The notes beneath the pieces are model-generated. The model did not search any database, was not told the DNA's origin, and saw nothing but the letters and a program-made list of their open reading frames with translations. The position numbers were made by a program, and so were the translations under genes. Shown piece after piece: positions 27,414-34,751 of a DNA stretch of 64,000 nucleotides. Source of the DNA: Faecalibacillus sp. (lineage in GTDB: Bacteria > Bacillota_I > Bacilli_A > RFN20 > CAG-826); assembly GCA_963588175.1 (NCBI GenBank), contig CAVAGP010000005.1:6612-70611 (forward strand), written 5' to 3'. How positions within the stretch are numbered: position 1 is the stretch's first letter; each line of letters begins with the position of its first letter.

Positions 27414-28577
27414 ATGACAGCAATCATTACCTCGTCCGTCAGCCGTTGCTCAAGATGCGGCGCCGTTCTTCAGACCGAAGACCCGAATGGAGAGCATTAT
27501 ATCGACCCGGCTGTCTTGAGAAGAAAATCCCTCAATGACATCGTCTTCTGCGACGACTGCTATAAGGCTTGCCATTATTCCAAATCTCCTAATACCATCC
27601 ACGCATCGGAGGATTTGATCAAAATCCTGAAAGATGCCAGAGCCACCGACTCGCTCGTCGTCTATTTCATCGACATCTTCTCCTTTGAATATTCGATTCC
27701 AAGCGAAGTCGCCGATGTCATCGAGCATCAGAACATCTTGATCCTTGCCAAAAACCACATCGCCAAATTCAATCAGACCAATAAGGTCGATAAAGAAGAA
27801 TACATCGCCCATGAATTCCGTAACTATCGTATCAAGGTGACGCGTGATGATGTCATGATCACCGATTTCAGCGTTGAAGCAATGAAGGCAATTAAAGAGA
27901 AAATCAATGAAAAGAGAAGAAGGCATGACGTTTATCTAATCGGAAGCGAAATCTCACCTCTAAACACCTTCACTAGAAAATTCTTGGCTGATTATGTCAA
28001 CATGTCCACTAGGACTGTTGTCACCCACAAATACAAGGGAACCGATATGGAGGTCACCAGAATCCCATTAGATTCTTCAACCTGCATTTATTCAACCGTT
28101 CCGTTCATCGAATCCAATTCCTTTTTATCTAAAGGCGATGAATCTTTCAGGAAGAATCTCTTCCCGCGTGATGACTTCCGTGCGAGAAGAAGGCATCTCT
28201 CCACAGGCTCATCCATATTCTTAGGCGGTCTATGCCGCATCGACTTGATCGAAGGTAAATCAACCGACATCGATGTCTATTGCGCCGAGAAGGTCGACGC
28301 GGATGTCCAGGGCGGGCATCACATTGAGAAACACTTCTTGGAGAGAATCAGGAAAAAGACAATTAGACCAACACTTCCGGAAATCGAGGGGTTGAAGGAT
28401 TTCGACGTTTTCGACGTCAAGATCGAACAGACCGGCATGAGAGACATCGGAATCTCCGGCCTAGGCTGGATTTCCTTCAAAGGAAACAACCAGACATTCC
28501 GTATTTATGTCTATAGAGGCATCGGCGTCTATGGATCAAGAGCAAAGGTAAACAAAAATGCTGACACCAAAAAATAG
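27414..28577 (+). CDS. yqeH: YqeH-family ribosome-biogenesis GTPase homologue with degenerate G1/G3 motifs
   Basis: 387 aa. Zinc-ribbon CSRCG..CDDCYKAC plus conserved blocks DSLVVYFIDIFSFE, IFLGGLCRIDLI, GISGLGWISF. Walker A position reads GSEISPLNT and the DxxG position reads STVP. See findings. Confidence 0.8.
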   Translation: MTAIITSSVSRCSRCGAVLQTEDPNGEHYIDPAVLRRKSLNDIVFCDDCYKACHYSKSPNTIHASEDLIKILKDARATDSLVVYFIDIFSFEYSIPSEVADVIEHQNILILAKNHIAKFNQTNKVDKEEYIAHEFRNYRIKVTRDDVMITDFSVEAMKAIKEKINEKRRRHDVYLIGSEISPLNTFTRKFLADYVNMSTRTVVTHKYKGTDMEVTRIPLDSSTCIYSTVPFIESNSFLSKGDESFRKNLFPRDDFRARRRHLSTGSSIFLGGLCRIDLIEGKSTDIDVYCAEKVDADVQGGHHIEKHFLERIRKKTIRPTLPEIEGLKDFDVFDVKIEQTGMRDIGISGLGWISFKGNNQTFRIYVYRGIGVYGSRAKVNKNADTKK

Positions 28578-28845
28578 AGCAACTCTCAAAAGCCTCGCTA
28601 ATGGGATTAGCCCAACGGTCATCCTTGGCAAAGGCGAACTTAAAGACACCACAATCGAAGCAATAAACGCTGGACTTGAAGCCCATGAGCTTATCAAGGT
28701 CCGTATTTTAAACACGCAGGGCGAGGAAGCTAAAGAACTCGCTGAGGAAATCGTTAAGGCTACCGAGTCTGACCTCGTCGCCATCATTGGAAGAGTCATC
28801 ATCCTCTTCAAAAGAAATCCAAAACACCCAAAAATAACTTTATGA
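28558..28845 (+). CDS. yhbY: YhbY/CRS1-type ribosome-assembly RNA-binding protein
   Basis: 95 aa. LKSLANGISPTVILGKGELKDTTIEAINAGLEAHELIKVRIL is the YhbY consensus. Confidence 0.85.
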   Translation: MLTPKNRATLKSLANGISPTVILGKGELKDTTIEAINAGLEAHELIKVRILNTQGEEAKELAEEIVKATESDLVAIIGRVIILFKRNPKHPKITL

Positions 28846-29963
28846 AGCCTTTAGTTATCTTCGGAGGTTCCTTCGACCCAATTCACAATGGGCATATAAG
28901 AATTGCCAAAGCCGCATCCCTCAAATATGACGCGGATGTTGTTTTTGTCGTTGCCAAGACTCCGAGATGGAAGACGGTGAACGAATCTGAGGAAGATAGG
29001 CTCAACATGCTCTTTAGAGCGCTTCAGGAGATAAACAACCCGAGATTCTCCGTCTCAAGGACCGAACTAGATAGAGAAGGGGATTTCTCGTATTCGATTG
29101 ATACTGTTAGGGAATTCTGCTCCCTATATCCAGGAAGGAAGATTTATTTCTTAATCGGCGCCGACCAAGTCAATCAATTCGATAAATGGCGTTCTTGCGA
29201 AGAGATAGCGTCTCTTGCGACTGTCATCTTCTCGAATAGGCCAGGCTTTGATATAAACAAGGAAAACGTTGAGAGGTTCCATATGGAGTCGCTTAACTTT
29301 TTGGAATCCGGCAGCGTTTCCTCCACGCGCGTGCGTGGTCTTAATTTTATGGACATACCCGTCAGTGTGTATTCCTACATCATCGACCATCATCTCTATT
29401 TCGTCAAAGAACTAGAGAAATACATCAAGCCAAAGAGACTGAGACATTCAGAGTCGGTTGCAATGGTGGCCTATAACATCGCCAAGCAGATTTCCTTTGA
29501 GATGGGCGAGAAAGCCTTGATTACCGGACTCCTTCATGACTTGGGCAAGAAGATGGAGGAAGACGAGGCTAGGGCAATAGTTTTAGATAACTATCCTGAA
29601 TACAAAGACTATCCGTCTTACGCCTTGCATCAGTGGACTGGCCGCTACATGGCCGAGAAGATATTCGGGGTTGAGGATGAGGACATCCTGAACGCGATTG
29701 AGTATCATTGCACAGGTAGGGCGAATATGTCGTCACTCGAGAAAATCGTCTATTCAGCGGACAAGATTGAACCGCTTAGGGGATACGATTCTAGCGACAT
29801 GATTAGAGTCTGCGAAGAGGACTATGAATCCGGCTTCTTATACGTCTTGAAAGAGAACATGAAATTCCTTAATGAGAAGCCGCTAGGAAAACAGAATGAA
29901 TTGACAAAAGAATGCATTAAATATTATTTAGGAGAGAATTATGGCATACCCAAGAGAAGTTAA
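28842..29963 (+). CDS. nadD: fusion of nicotinate-nucleotide adenylyltransferase (NadD) and a YqeK HD-domain hydrolase
   Basis: 373 aa. N-terminal half GGSFDPIHNGHIRIA..SSTRVR (NadD). C-terminal half RHSESVA..GLLHDLGK..EYHCTG..ADKIEP (HD domain, YqeK type). Confidence 0.85.
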   Translation: MKPLVIFGGSFDPIHNGHIRIAKAASLKYDADVVFVVAKTPRWKTVNESEEDRLNMLFRALQEINNPRFSVSRTELDREGDFSYSIDTVREFCSLYPGRKIYFLIGADQVNQFDKWRSCEEIASLATVIFSNRPGFDINKENVERFHMESLNFLESGSVSSTRVRGLNFMDIPVSVYSYIIDHHLYFVKELEKYIKPKRLRHSESVAMVAYNIAKQISFEMGEKALITGLLHDLGKKMEEDEARAIVLDNYPEYKDYPSYALHQWTGRYMAEKIFGVEDEDILNAIEYHCTGRANMSSLEKIVYSADKIEPLRGYDSSDMIRVCEEDYESGFLYVLKENMKFLNEKPLGKQNELTKECIKYYLGENYGIPKRS

Positions 29964-30282
29964 CATCGGAGTCAAACTGCTTAATAGCAAAGGCGCAGAA
30001 GAGGTTGAGGTCATCAACGTCAAGAACATCACGCCGTTTGCAGATTATTACATCATCGCAACCTGTCCAAGCGAAAGAGCACTTGACGGATTCTCAGACG
30101 CCTTAGATGAGGAATACTCAAAAGAAGGATATGAGATTAAGTCTATAACAGGCACACCGGAGTCGCAGTGGGTGATCATTGACCAAGGAGATGTGGTAAT
30201 TCATTTGTTCACCCAGTACAAGAGAAGAGAGATAGACTTGCAAGGAGTGGTAGCCCACGCCGAGAGCAAGAAATCTTGTTAG
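29941..30282 (+). CDS. rsfS: ribosome silencing factor RsfS
   Basis: 113 aa. ADYYIIATCPSERAL..WVIIDQGDVVIHLF typical of RsfS/YqeL. Stop TAG followed by TAGTT. Confidence 0.9.
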   Translation: MAYPREVNIGVKLLNSKGAEEVEVINVKNITPFADYYIIATCPSERALDGFSDALDEEYSKEGYEIKSITGTPESQWVIIDQGDVVIHLFTQYKRREIDLQGVVAHAESKKSC

Positions 30283-30296
30283 TAGTTCCAAGTTAG

Positions 30297-30321
30297 ACAC
30301 CAGCATCTTCTGGTGTTTTTC
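30297..30321 (+). terminator. intrinsic terminator after rsfS
   Basis: acaccag-catctt-ctggtgt followed by TTTTCTTT. Confidence 0.75.
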
Positions 30322-30465
30322 TTTAAAATAGGTTATATTCGCATAATGTCCATTATGTTAACTAAACCAATAAAAAAGCGTGTTTTTATCGATATTTGAG
30401 TTTTGACCAATAATTTTATTAACAAACGATTTCCACTGAATTTTGAAGTTTTCCACATATATTTA

Positions 30466-30479
30466 AAAACTACTAATTT
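30466..30479 (+). repeat. AAAACTACTAATTT motif, copy B (inside the long non-coding gap)
   Basis: Exact 14-mer shared with 34529-34542. Preceded at 30430-30456 by TTTCCACTGAATTTTGAAGTTTTCCAC and at 30352-30362 by ATTATGTTAAC, which is also present at 34379-34389. Confidence 0.6.
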
Positions 30480-30866
30480 GATACTAATATTTCTTATTTT
30501 AAAAATTGCTTAATCTTTGAGTCTTCATCAATTTGATTGCATATTGCTTAATGATGTCTCATCTTTTTTCCTTCTCGGAGCGTATAACCTTTGTGTATGA
30601 ATTCTCATTGATTCCTGGTCACTTTACGGTTTCCGATCGCCTTGCCCAACCCTCTCAATCTCTATAGTCGGTTCATTGAGACACTCTTCCTTTTACCCAT
30701 CTAACAGTCATTCGTATGCTGATGTTGTTCTTGTATCCTCTTGCCCCTTATATTCACCAATTCATTCTCAATCTTTATCTGTCCTCTTTGCGAAGCGAAT
30801 CATTTTCATACATCATTTGCATTTTCAAAGTTATAAGTTTTTAATTTCACGGACATTAAATTGACA

Positions 30867-30900
30867 CAAAAAAAGACAAGCATTTCCGCCTGTCTTTTTC
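30867..30900. terminator. bidirectional terminator inside the rsfS-deoB gap (probably the deoB terminator on the minus strand)
   Basis: A-run, gacaagc-atttcc-gcctgtc (one mismatch), T-run. Confidence 0.6.
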
Positions 30901-31048
30901 TTTTGTGTTTTCTTTCTTTGGCTTTCACAAAAATATACATATTTTGTGGCAGTTCAGTTTCTCTTTCTGAACTCTTAAATTGTTCTTTGGACGCGTGTTC
31001 AGAAAGCCGTCCTGGCAATCACCACTATGATATGGTTGCCCCTGCTAA

Positions 31049-32251
31049 TCATTCATTGATTTCATTGATGACGGCGCCAAGTAGATGCTGCTCTTTCTTC
31101 AGGCCAAAGTTGTCTAGGATAGTCGCTCCGATATCGCCGAAGCTGGCACGCTCTTCAAGATACTTTCCGTCTTTGATGGATGGCGAGTAAACGAGCAATG
31201 GGACCTTCTCTCTTGTATGATCGGTGCCTTTGTAGGTTGGATCGTTTCCGTGGTCTGCCGTTATCATTAGCAAATCATCATCTCTCATGATTTTGATCAA
31301 TTCCCCTACTCTAACGTCGAACTCCTCTAAGGCCTTTGCATATCCTTGCGGATTTCTTCTATGACCATACTCGCTATCGAACTCGACGAGGTTGATGAAG
31401 CATAAGCCTTCCCATCCCTCATTCTTAACTTGCTCGATGGTCTTGTCCATACCATCCATGTTGGAAACCGTTTTGACTGTCTTGGTGACTCCTGCGCCAT
31501 TGAAGATATCAGAAATCTTTCCGATGCATGATGTCATGTATCCATTATCTTTTAATGTATCCATATCGGTTTTCACCGGTGGGGATACGGCATAGTCATG
31601 TCTGTTGGGTGTTCTCTTGAATGAGTTCTTGTCATTGCCTATGAATGGTCTAGCGATGATACGTCCGAGATACCATTCTGGTTTCATGCAAATCTCTCTC
31701 GCGATTTCACAGCATCTATAGAGTTCTTTGACACCTGTTGTTTCTTCGTGAGCAGCAATTTGGAGAACAGAATCCGCCGATGTGTAAACGATAAGGGAAT
31801 TGTCTCTTTTCTGTTCCTCGCCCAACTTAACTAGAATCTCGGTTCCGCTAGAAGCGTAGTTCCCGATAAGCTTATGGCCTGTTTTGGCTTCTAGCTCATC
31901 CATCAATTCTTTTGGGAATCCCGTATCAGTGAAGGTGACAAATGGCTTTGTTGTATATACGCCCATCATCTCCCAGTGGCCCGTCATTGTGTCTTTGCCA
32001 TTGCTCATCTCGCGCAATCTCATTGAAAACGCGTGAGGGTGTTCGTGAACTGGTTTAACTCCTGGGATATCGGCCAGTTCGCCAATGCCAAGCGATTCCA
32101 TATATGGAACGTGAAGTCCTCCAACGGATTCCGCCGTATGGACCCATGTGTTTGTCCCCTCATCGCCAAAACGGGCAGCATCAGGTTCTTCTCCGATGCC
32201 AGCCGAGTCCGCTACGATGAGGAATACTCTTTTATATTTCTTGTAATTCAT
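31049..32251 (-). CDS. deoB: phosphopentomutase
   Basis: 400 aa. FLIVADSAGIG, TGHWEMMG, TADHGNDPT motifs. Confidence 0.95.
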   Translation of the reverse strand: MNYKKYKRVFLIVADSAGIGEEPDAARFGDEGTNTWVHTAESVGGLHVPYMESLGIGELADIPGVKPVHEHPHAFSMRLREMSNGKDTMTGHWEMMGVYTTKPFVTFTDTGFPKELMDELEAKTGHKLIGNYASSGTEILVKLGEEQKRDNSLIVYTSADSVLQIAAHEETTGVKELYRCCEIAREICMKPEWYLGRIIARPFIGNDKNSFKRTPNRHDYAVSPPVKTDMDTLKDNGYMTSCIGKISDIFNGAGVTKTVKTVSNMDGMDKTIEQVKNEGWEGLCFINLVEFDSEYGHRRNPQGYAKALEEFDVRVGELIKIMRDDDLLMITADHGNDPTYKGTDHTREKVPLLVYSPSIKDGKYLEERASFGDIGATILDNFGLKKEQHLLGAVINEINE

Positions 32252-32291
32252 AAAATAACCCTGCGTTATTTATAACGCCCTTTATAATAGT

Positions 32292-33182
32292 CTATTTCTT
32301 GCCCATTAACAAATCATAAGCACTGGTGATTCTATTGGTGGATACCTCCGTGTAGATTTGAGTCGTCGATAAATTGGAGTGGCCAAGCATCTCCTGGACC
32401 GCCCTAAGCTCAGCCCCTCTTTCCAAAAGATGGGTGGCGAAGCAGTGTCTAAGGGTATGAGGAGATATGTCATCTTCGATTCCGGCCATCTCAGCGTATT
32501 TCTTCACTTGCTTGAAGAAGTATTGGCGGGATATCGGTTTGCCTTCTCTATTAAGGAAAATATATTTGGTATCCCTTCCTGGGTTGCGTCTTCTGACCAT
32601 ATAGACATAGTTAGATAGATATTGAAGGGCGAAATCGGAAACCGGGACGCTTCTTTGCTTATTGCCTTTGCCGATGATGGTGATGAGCTTTGATTGGAAG
32701 TTGACCTCGCTTACTTTTAGTGAGCAAAGTTCAGAGACACGAAGTCCTGTTGCGTACATCGTTTCAAGCATTGCCCTGTCTCTAGTTCCGGAATCCGTTG
32801 TGATATCCGGCATCTCCAATAGCGTCTCCACTTCCTCTACGGTTAAAACGGTTGGAAGCCTCTTTGGCATCTTAGGTGTGTCTATCTTCTTAACTTCTTC
32901 ATCGATATAGCCTTCGCTGGATAGGAATGTGTAGAAATTACGGATAACGCTGATACGCCTGAGGATGGTTGCGGCCGATAAGCCTGCTCCGTCGGCGTAT
33001 TTGATATAGTCCTCGATGTTCTTAACGCATAAATCCGAGGTCACTTTGACGTCTGGAAGCATTTTGAAGAACATCTTTAAATCTTCTTCGTAATCCTCGA
33101 TTGTGGTCTTCTCGACGCTTTTCTCCACGATTAGGTGTTGGAAGAAAAGATCGATGGCGTCACTTATGTCGATTTCCTTCAT
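32292..33182 (-). CDS. xerD: site-specific tyrosine recombinase XerD type
   Basis: 296 aa. HTLRHCFATHLLERGAELRAVQEMLGHSNLSTTQIYTEV. AGGAGG SD lies inside the dinB 3' end. Confidence 0.85.
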   Translation of the reverse strand: MKEIDISDAIDLFFQHLIVEKSVEKTTIEDYEEDLKMFFKMLPDVKVTSDLCVKNIEDYIKYADGAGLSAATILRRISVIRNFYTFLSSEGYIDEEVKKIDTPKMPKRLPTVLTVEEVETLLEMPDITTDSGTRDRAMLETMYATGLRVSELCSLKVSEVNFQSKLITIIGKGNKQRSVPVSDFALQYLSNYVYMVRRRNPGRDTKYIFLNREGKPISRQYFFKQVKKYAEMAGIEDDISPHTLRHCFATHLLERGAELRAVQEMLGHSNLSTTQIYTEVSTNRITSAYDLLMGKK

Positions 33183-34356
33183 CTTTCTTTGCCTCCTTGG
33201 CCCTCATTAAAGCGGGTTTCTTCATTTTCCTGTTTAGATCGTTGATGAGAAGGCGTGTCTCATCTTCTTTCTCGTATTCCTCATAATTGAATAGGCTCAT
33301 CTGGATATCTTCATCTTTCGGGTTGAACAGATTCTGAAGAGTGACTCCAATCAGCCTGACCATCGTTTTGGAGTAGTATTTCTCATATAAATCGACTGCG
33401 GTGTTGTAAATAATCTCAAAATCGTTTGAAGGTTCCCTTAGGGAAAAGGATTTATTGTGGCTCTTAAACCCCTGATCTTTGACCACAAGCTGTACGGTCT
33501 TGCCTATTTTGCCGTCTTTTTTGCAGTCGATTGAGACCTCTTTTGCGAGTTCTCTGAGCTTATCTTCAACCTCATCCATATCATCGGTGTCATAGGCGAA
33601 CGTCTCAGAGTGGCCGCAGGATTTAGGGTCCCAAGGCTCAGTGTCCACGACATCGCTGCCGTAACCGCGGATCCAATCGCTAATCGTTGGATACATGCTT
33701 CCGAACATCCTCTCGATGAGTGGGTCCTTCTCGTCAATTCGTTTGGCGAGGTCACCGATGGTGTTGATGCCGACGGCCCTTAATCTTGGAGCAGTCTTTT
33801 TGCCGATTCCGTAAAAGTCTTCTATCTTTAATGGGTAGATCTTATTCTCAATGTCTTTTCTTCTGATGATGGTTATGCCCATCGGCTTTTTCATGTCGCT
33901 TGCCATTTTGGCTAAGAACTTTGTCGGCGCGATTCCAATTGAGCACTTCAGTCCGATTTGCTCGAGTAATCCATTCTGCAAATCGGTTAGATATTTGATT
34001 GGGTCCTTCACTCCTTTTAATGTTTTAGTCATGTCAACAAAACCTTCGTCAATGGAAGCCTTCTCTATAATGTTTGAATACTGTCTCAGGTAAGCAAAGA
34101 AAGAATTGGACAGCATACTGTAATAATGATAGTCGCCAGGGAGATAGATTCCGTTTGGACAAAGCTGCCTAGCCTGATAGATTGGCATAGCGGAATGTAC
34201 CCCATATTCTCTTGCCTTATAGTTGCAGGTTGAGACAACCGACCTCGAGCCTTGACCCCCGACAATGACAGGTTTGCCAATTAGGCTTGGATCGCGTATT
34301 TCCTCGGCTGTTGCAAAGAATGCGTTGAGGTCTATGTGCATGATTATTTTGCTCAT
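33160..34356 (-). CDS. dinB: DNA polymerase IV (Y-family)
   Basis: The ORF-track start at 34407 is TTG. ATG 34356 gives MSKIIMHIDLNAFFATAEE, the canonical DinB start. Y-family palm/finger motifs follow. Confidence 0.9.
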   Translation of the reverse strand: MSKIIMHIDLNAFFATAEEIRDPSLIGKPVIVGGQGSRSVVSTCNYKAREYGVHSAMPIYQARQLCPNGIYLPGDYHYYSMLSNSFFAYLRQYSNIIEKASIDEGFVDMTKTLKGVKDPIKYLTDLQNGLLEQIGLKCSIGIAPTKFLAKMASDMKKPMGITIIRRKDIENKIYPLKIEDFYGIGKKTAPRLRAVGINTIGDLAKRIDEKDPLIERMFGSMYPTISDWIRGYGSDVVDTEPWDPKSCGHSETFAYDTDDMDEVEDKLRELAKEVSIDCKKDGKIGKTVQLVVKDQGFKSHNKSFSLREPSNDFEIIYNTAVDLYEKYYSKTMVRLIGVTLQNLFNPKDEDIQMSLFNYEEYEKEDETRLLINDLNRKMKKPALMRAKEAKKDEGNRHK

Positions 34357-34362
34357 GACCTC

Positions 34363-34391
34363 ATTATACTCTATAAATATTATGTTAACAA
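34363..34391 (-). promoter_or_regulatory. promoter TTGTTA-17-TATAAT ending 6 nt before the dinB ATG (leaderless candidate)
   Basis: Minus strand: TTGTTA (34391-34386), 17-nt spacer, TATAAT (34368-34363), GAGGTC, ATG (34356). Confidence 0.45.
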
Positions 34392-34416
34392 ACCGGAGAA
34401 GACCCAATGCGGAAGT

Positions 34417-34455
34417 ACTTAAAAGAAAAGCGGTCTAATTTATGTGGTGACCGCT
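34417..34455 (-). terminator. intrinsic terminator after xseB
   Basis: Minus strand: AGCGGTC-(13 nt)-GACCGCT followed by TTTTCTTTT. Confidence 0.65.
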
Positions 34456-34528
34456 AAAGAAGTTTTAGTTTCACATTTTCAACAAAGTGACTGACAATCG
34501 ATTGTAATTAAGTTTGTGAAACGACTAT

Positions 34529-34542
34529 AAAACTACTAATTT
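34529..34542 (+). repeat. AAAACTACTAATTT motif, copy C (1 nt from the xseB stop codon)
   Basis: Exact 14-mer shared with copy B. Preceded at 34469-34491 by TTTCACATTTTCAACAAAGTGAC. Confidence 0.6.
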
Positions 34543-34543
34543 A

Positions 34544-34741
34544 TTACTTGTCTATTTGCACTTCTTCTATTGTTTTGCTTGCCTCATCGAGTGTTTCGTT
34601 GAGTTCTTTGATGAGTTTCTTCCCTTCTTCATAGAGTTTCATCGATTCGTCGATTGAGAGGGTCCCAGCCTCTACTGCCCTAACGATTTCTTGGAGTCTA
34701 GTTAGCTTATCCTCAAACGTTGCTTCTTTCTTCTCTTTCAT
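34544..34741 (-). CDS. xseB: exodeoxyribonuclease VII small subunit
   Basis: The ORF-track start is TTG. ATG 34741 is preceded by AAGGAG and gives MKEKKEATFEDKLTRLQEIVRAVE..., a typical XseB. Confidence 0.85.
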   Translation of the reverse strand: MKEKKEATFEDKLTRLQEIVRAVEAGTLSIDESMKLYEEGKKLIKELNETLDEASKTIEEVQIDK

Positions 34742-34751
34742 GTTTATCTCC

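Noticed and set aside
30331-30362. Minus-strand promoter-like TTAACA-17-ATATAA just right of the rsfS terminator
   Set aside because: It would only drive antisense transcription into rsfS, and there is no downstream gene. It is more likely a relic of the module shared with the dinB promoter region (ATTATGTTAAC). I mention it under the motif finding instead.
30449-30457. TTTTCCACA as a DnaA box or origin-related site
   Set aside because: It is a single 9-mer matching the relaxed consensus. There is no cluster, no dnaA/dnaN context and no AT-rich unwinding element, so it is consistent with chance.
30676-31190. Three track ORFs in the rsfS-deoB gap (30676-30864 +, 30806-31018 -, 30861-31190 +)
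   Set aside because: They start at alternative codons (e.g. TTG at 30676), have no SD, and have low-complexity or Ser/Leu/Phe-rich composition. One runs antisense into deoB and across a terminator. I treat them as non-coding.
32292-33182. Tyrosine recombinase as a marker of a prophage or ICE
   Set aside because: The sequence has the XerD-type C-terminal signature. It sits in an operon-like arrangement with dinB and deoB, with no mobile-element genes or flanking repeats, so it is a chromosome dimer resolvase.
21398-34542. Reading the AAAACTACTAATT direct repeats as attL/attR or insertion-element ends
   Set aside because: The DNA between the copies is core housekeeping (plsY, parEC, the yqeG-rsfS cluster, deoB, xerD, dinB). 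There is no integrase, transposase or phage cargo. The copies lie in ordinary gene 3' flanks.
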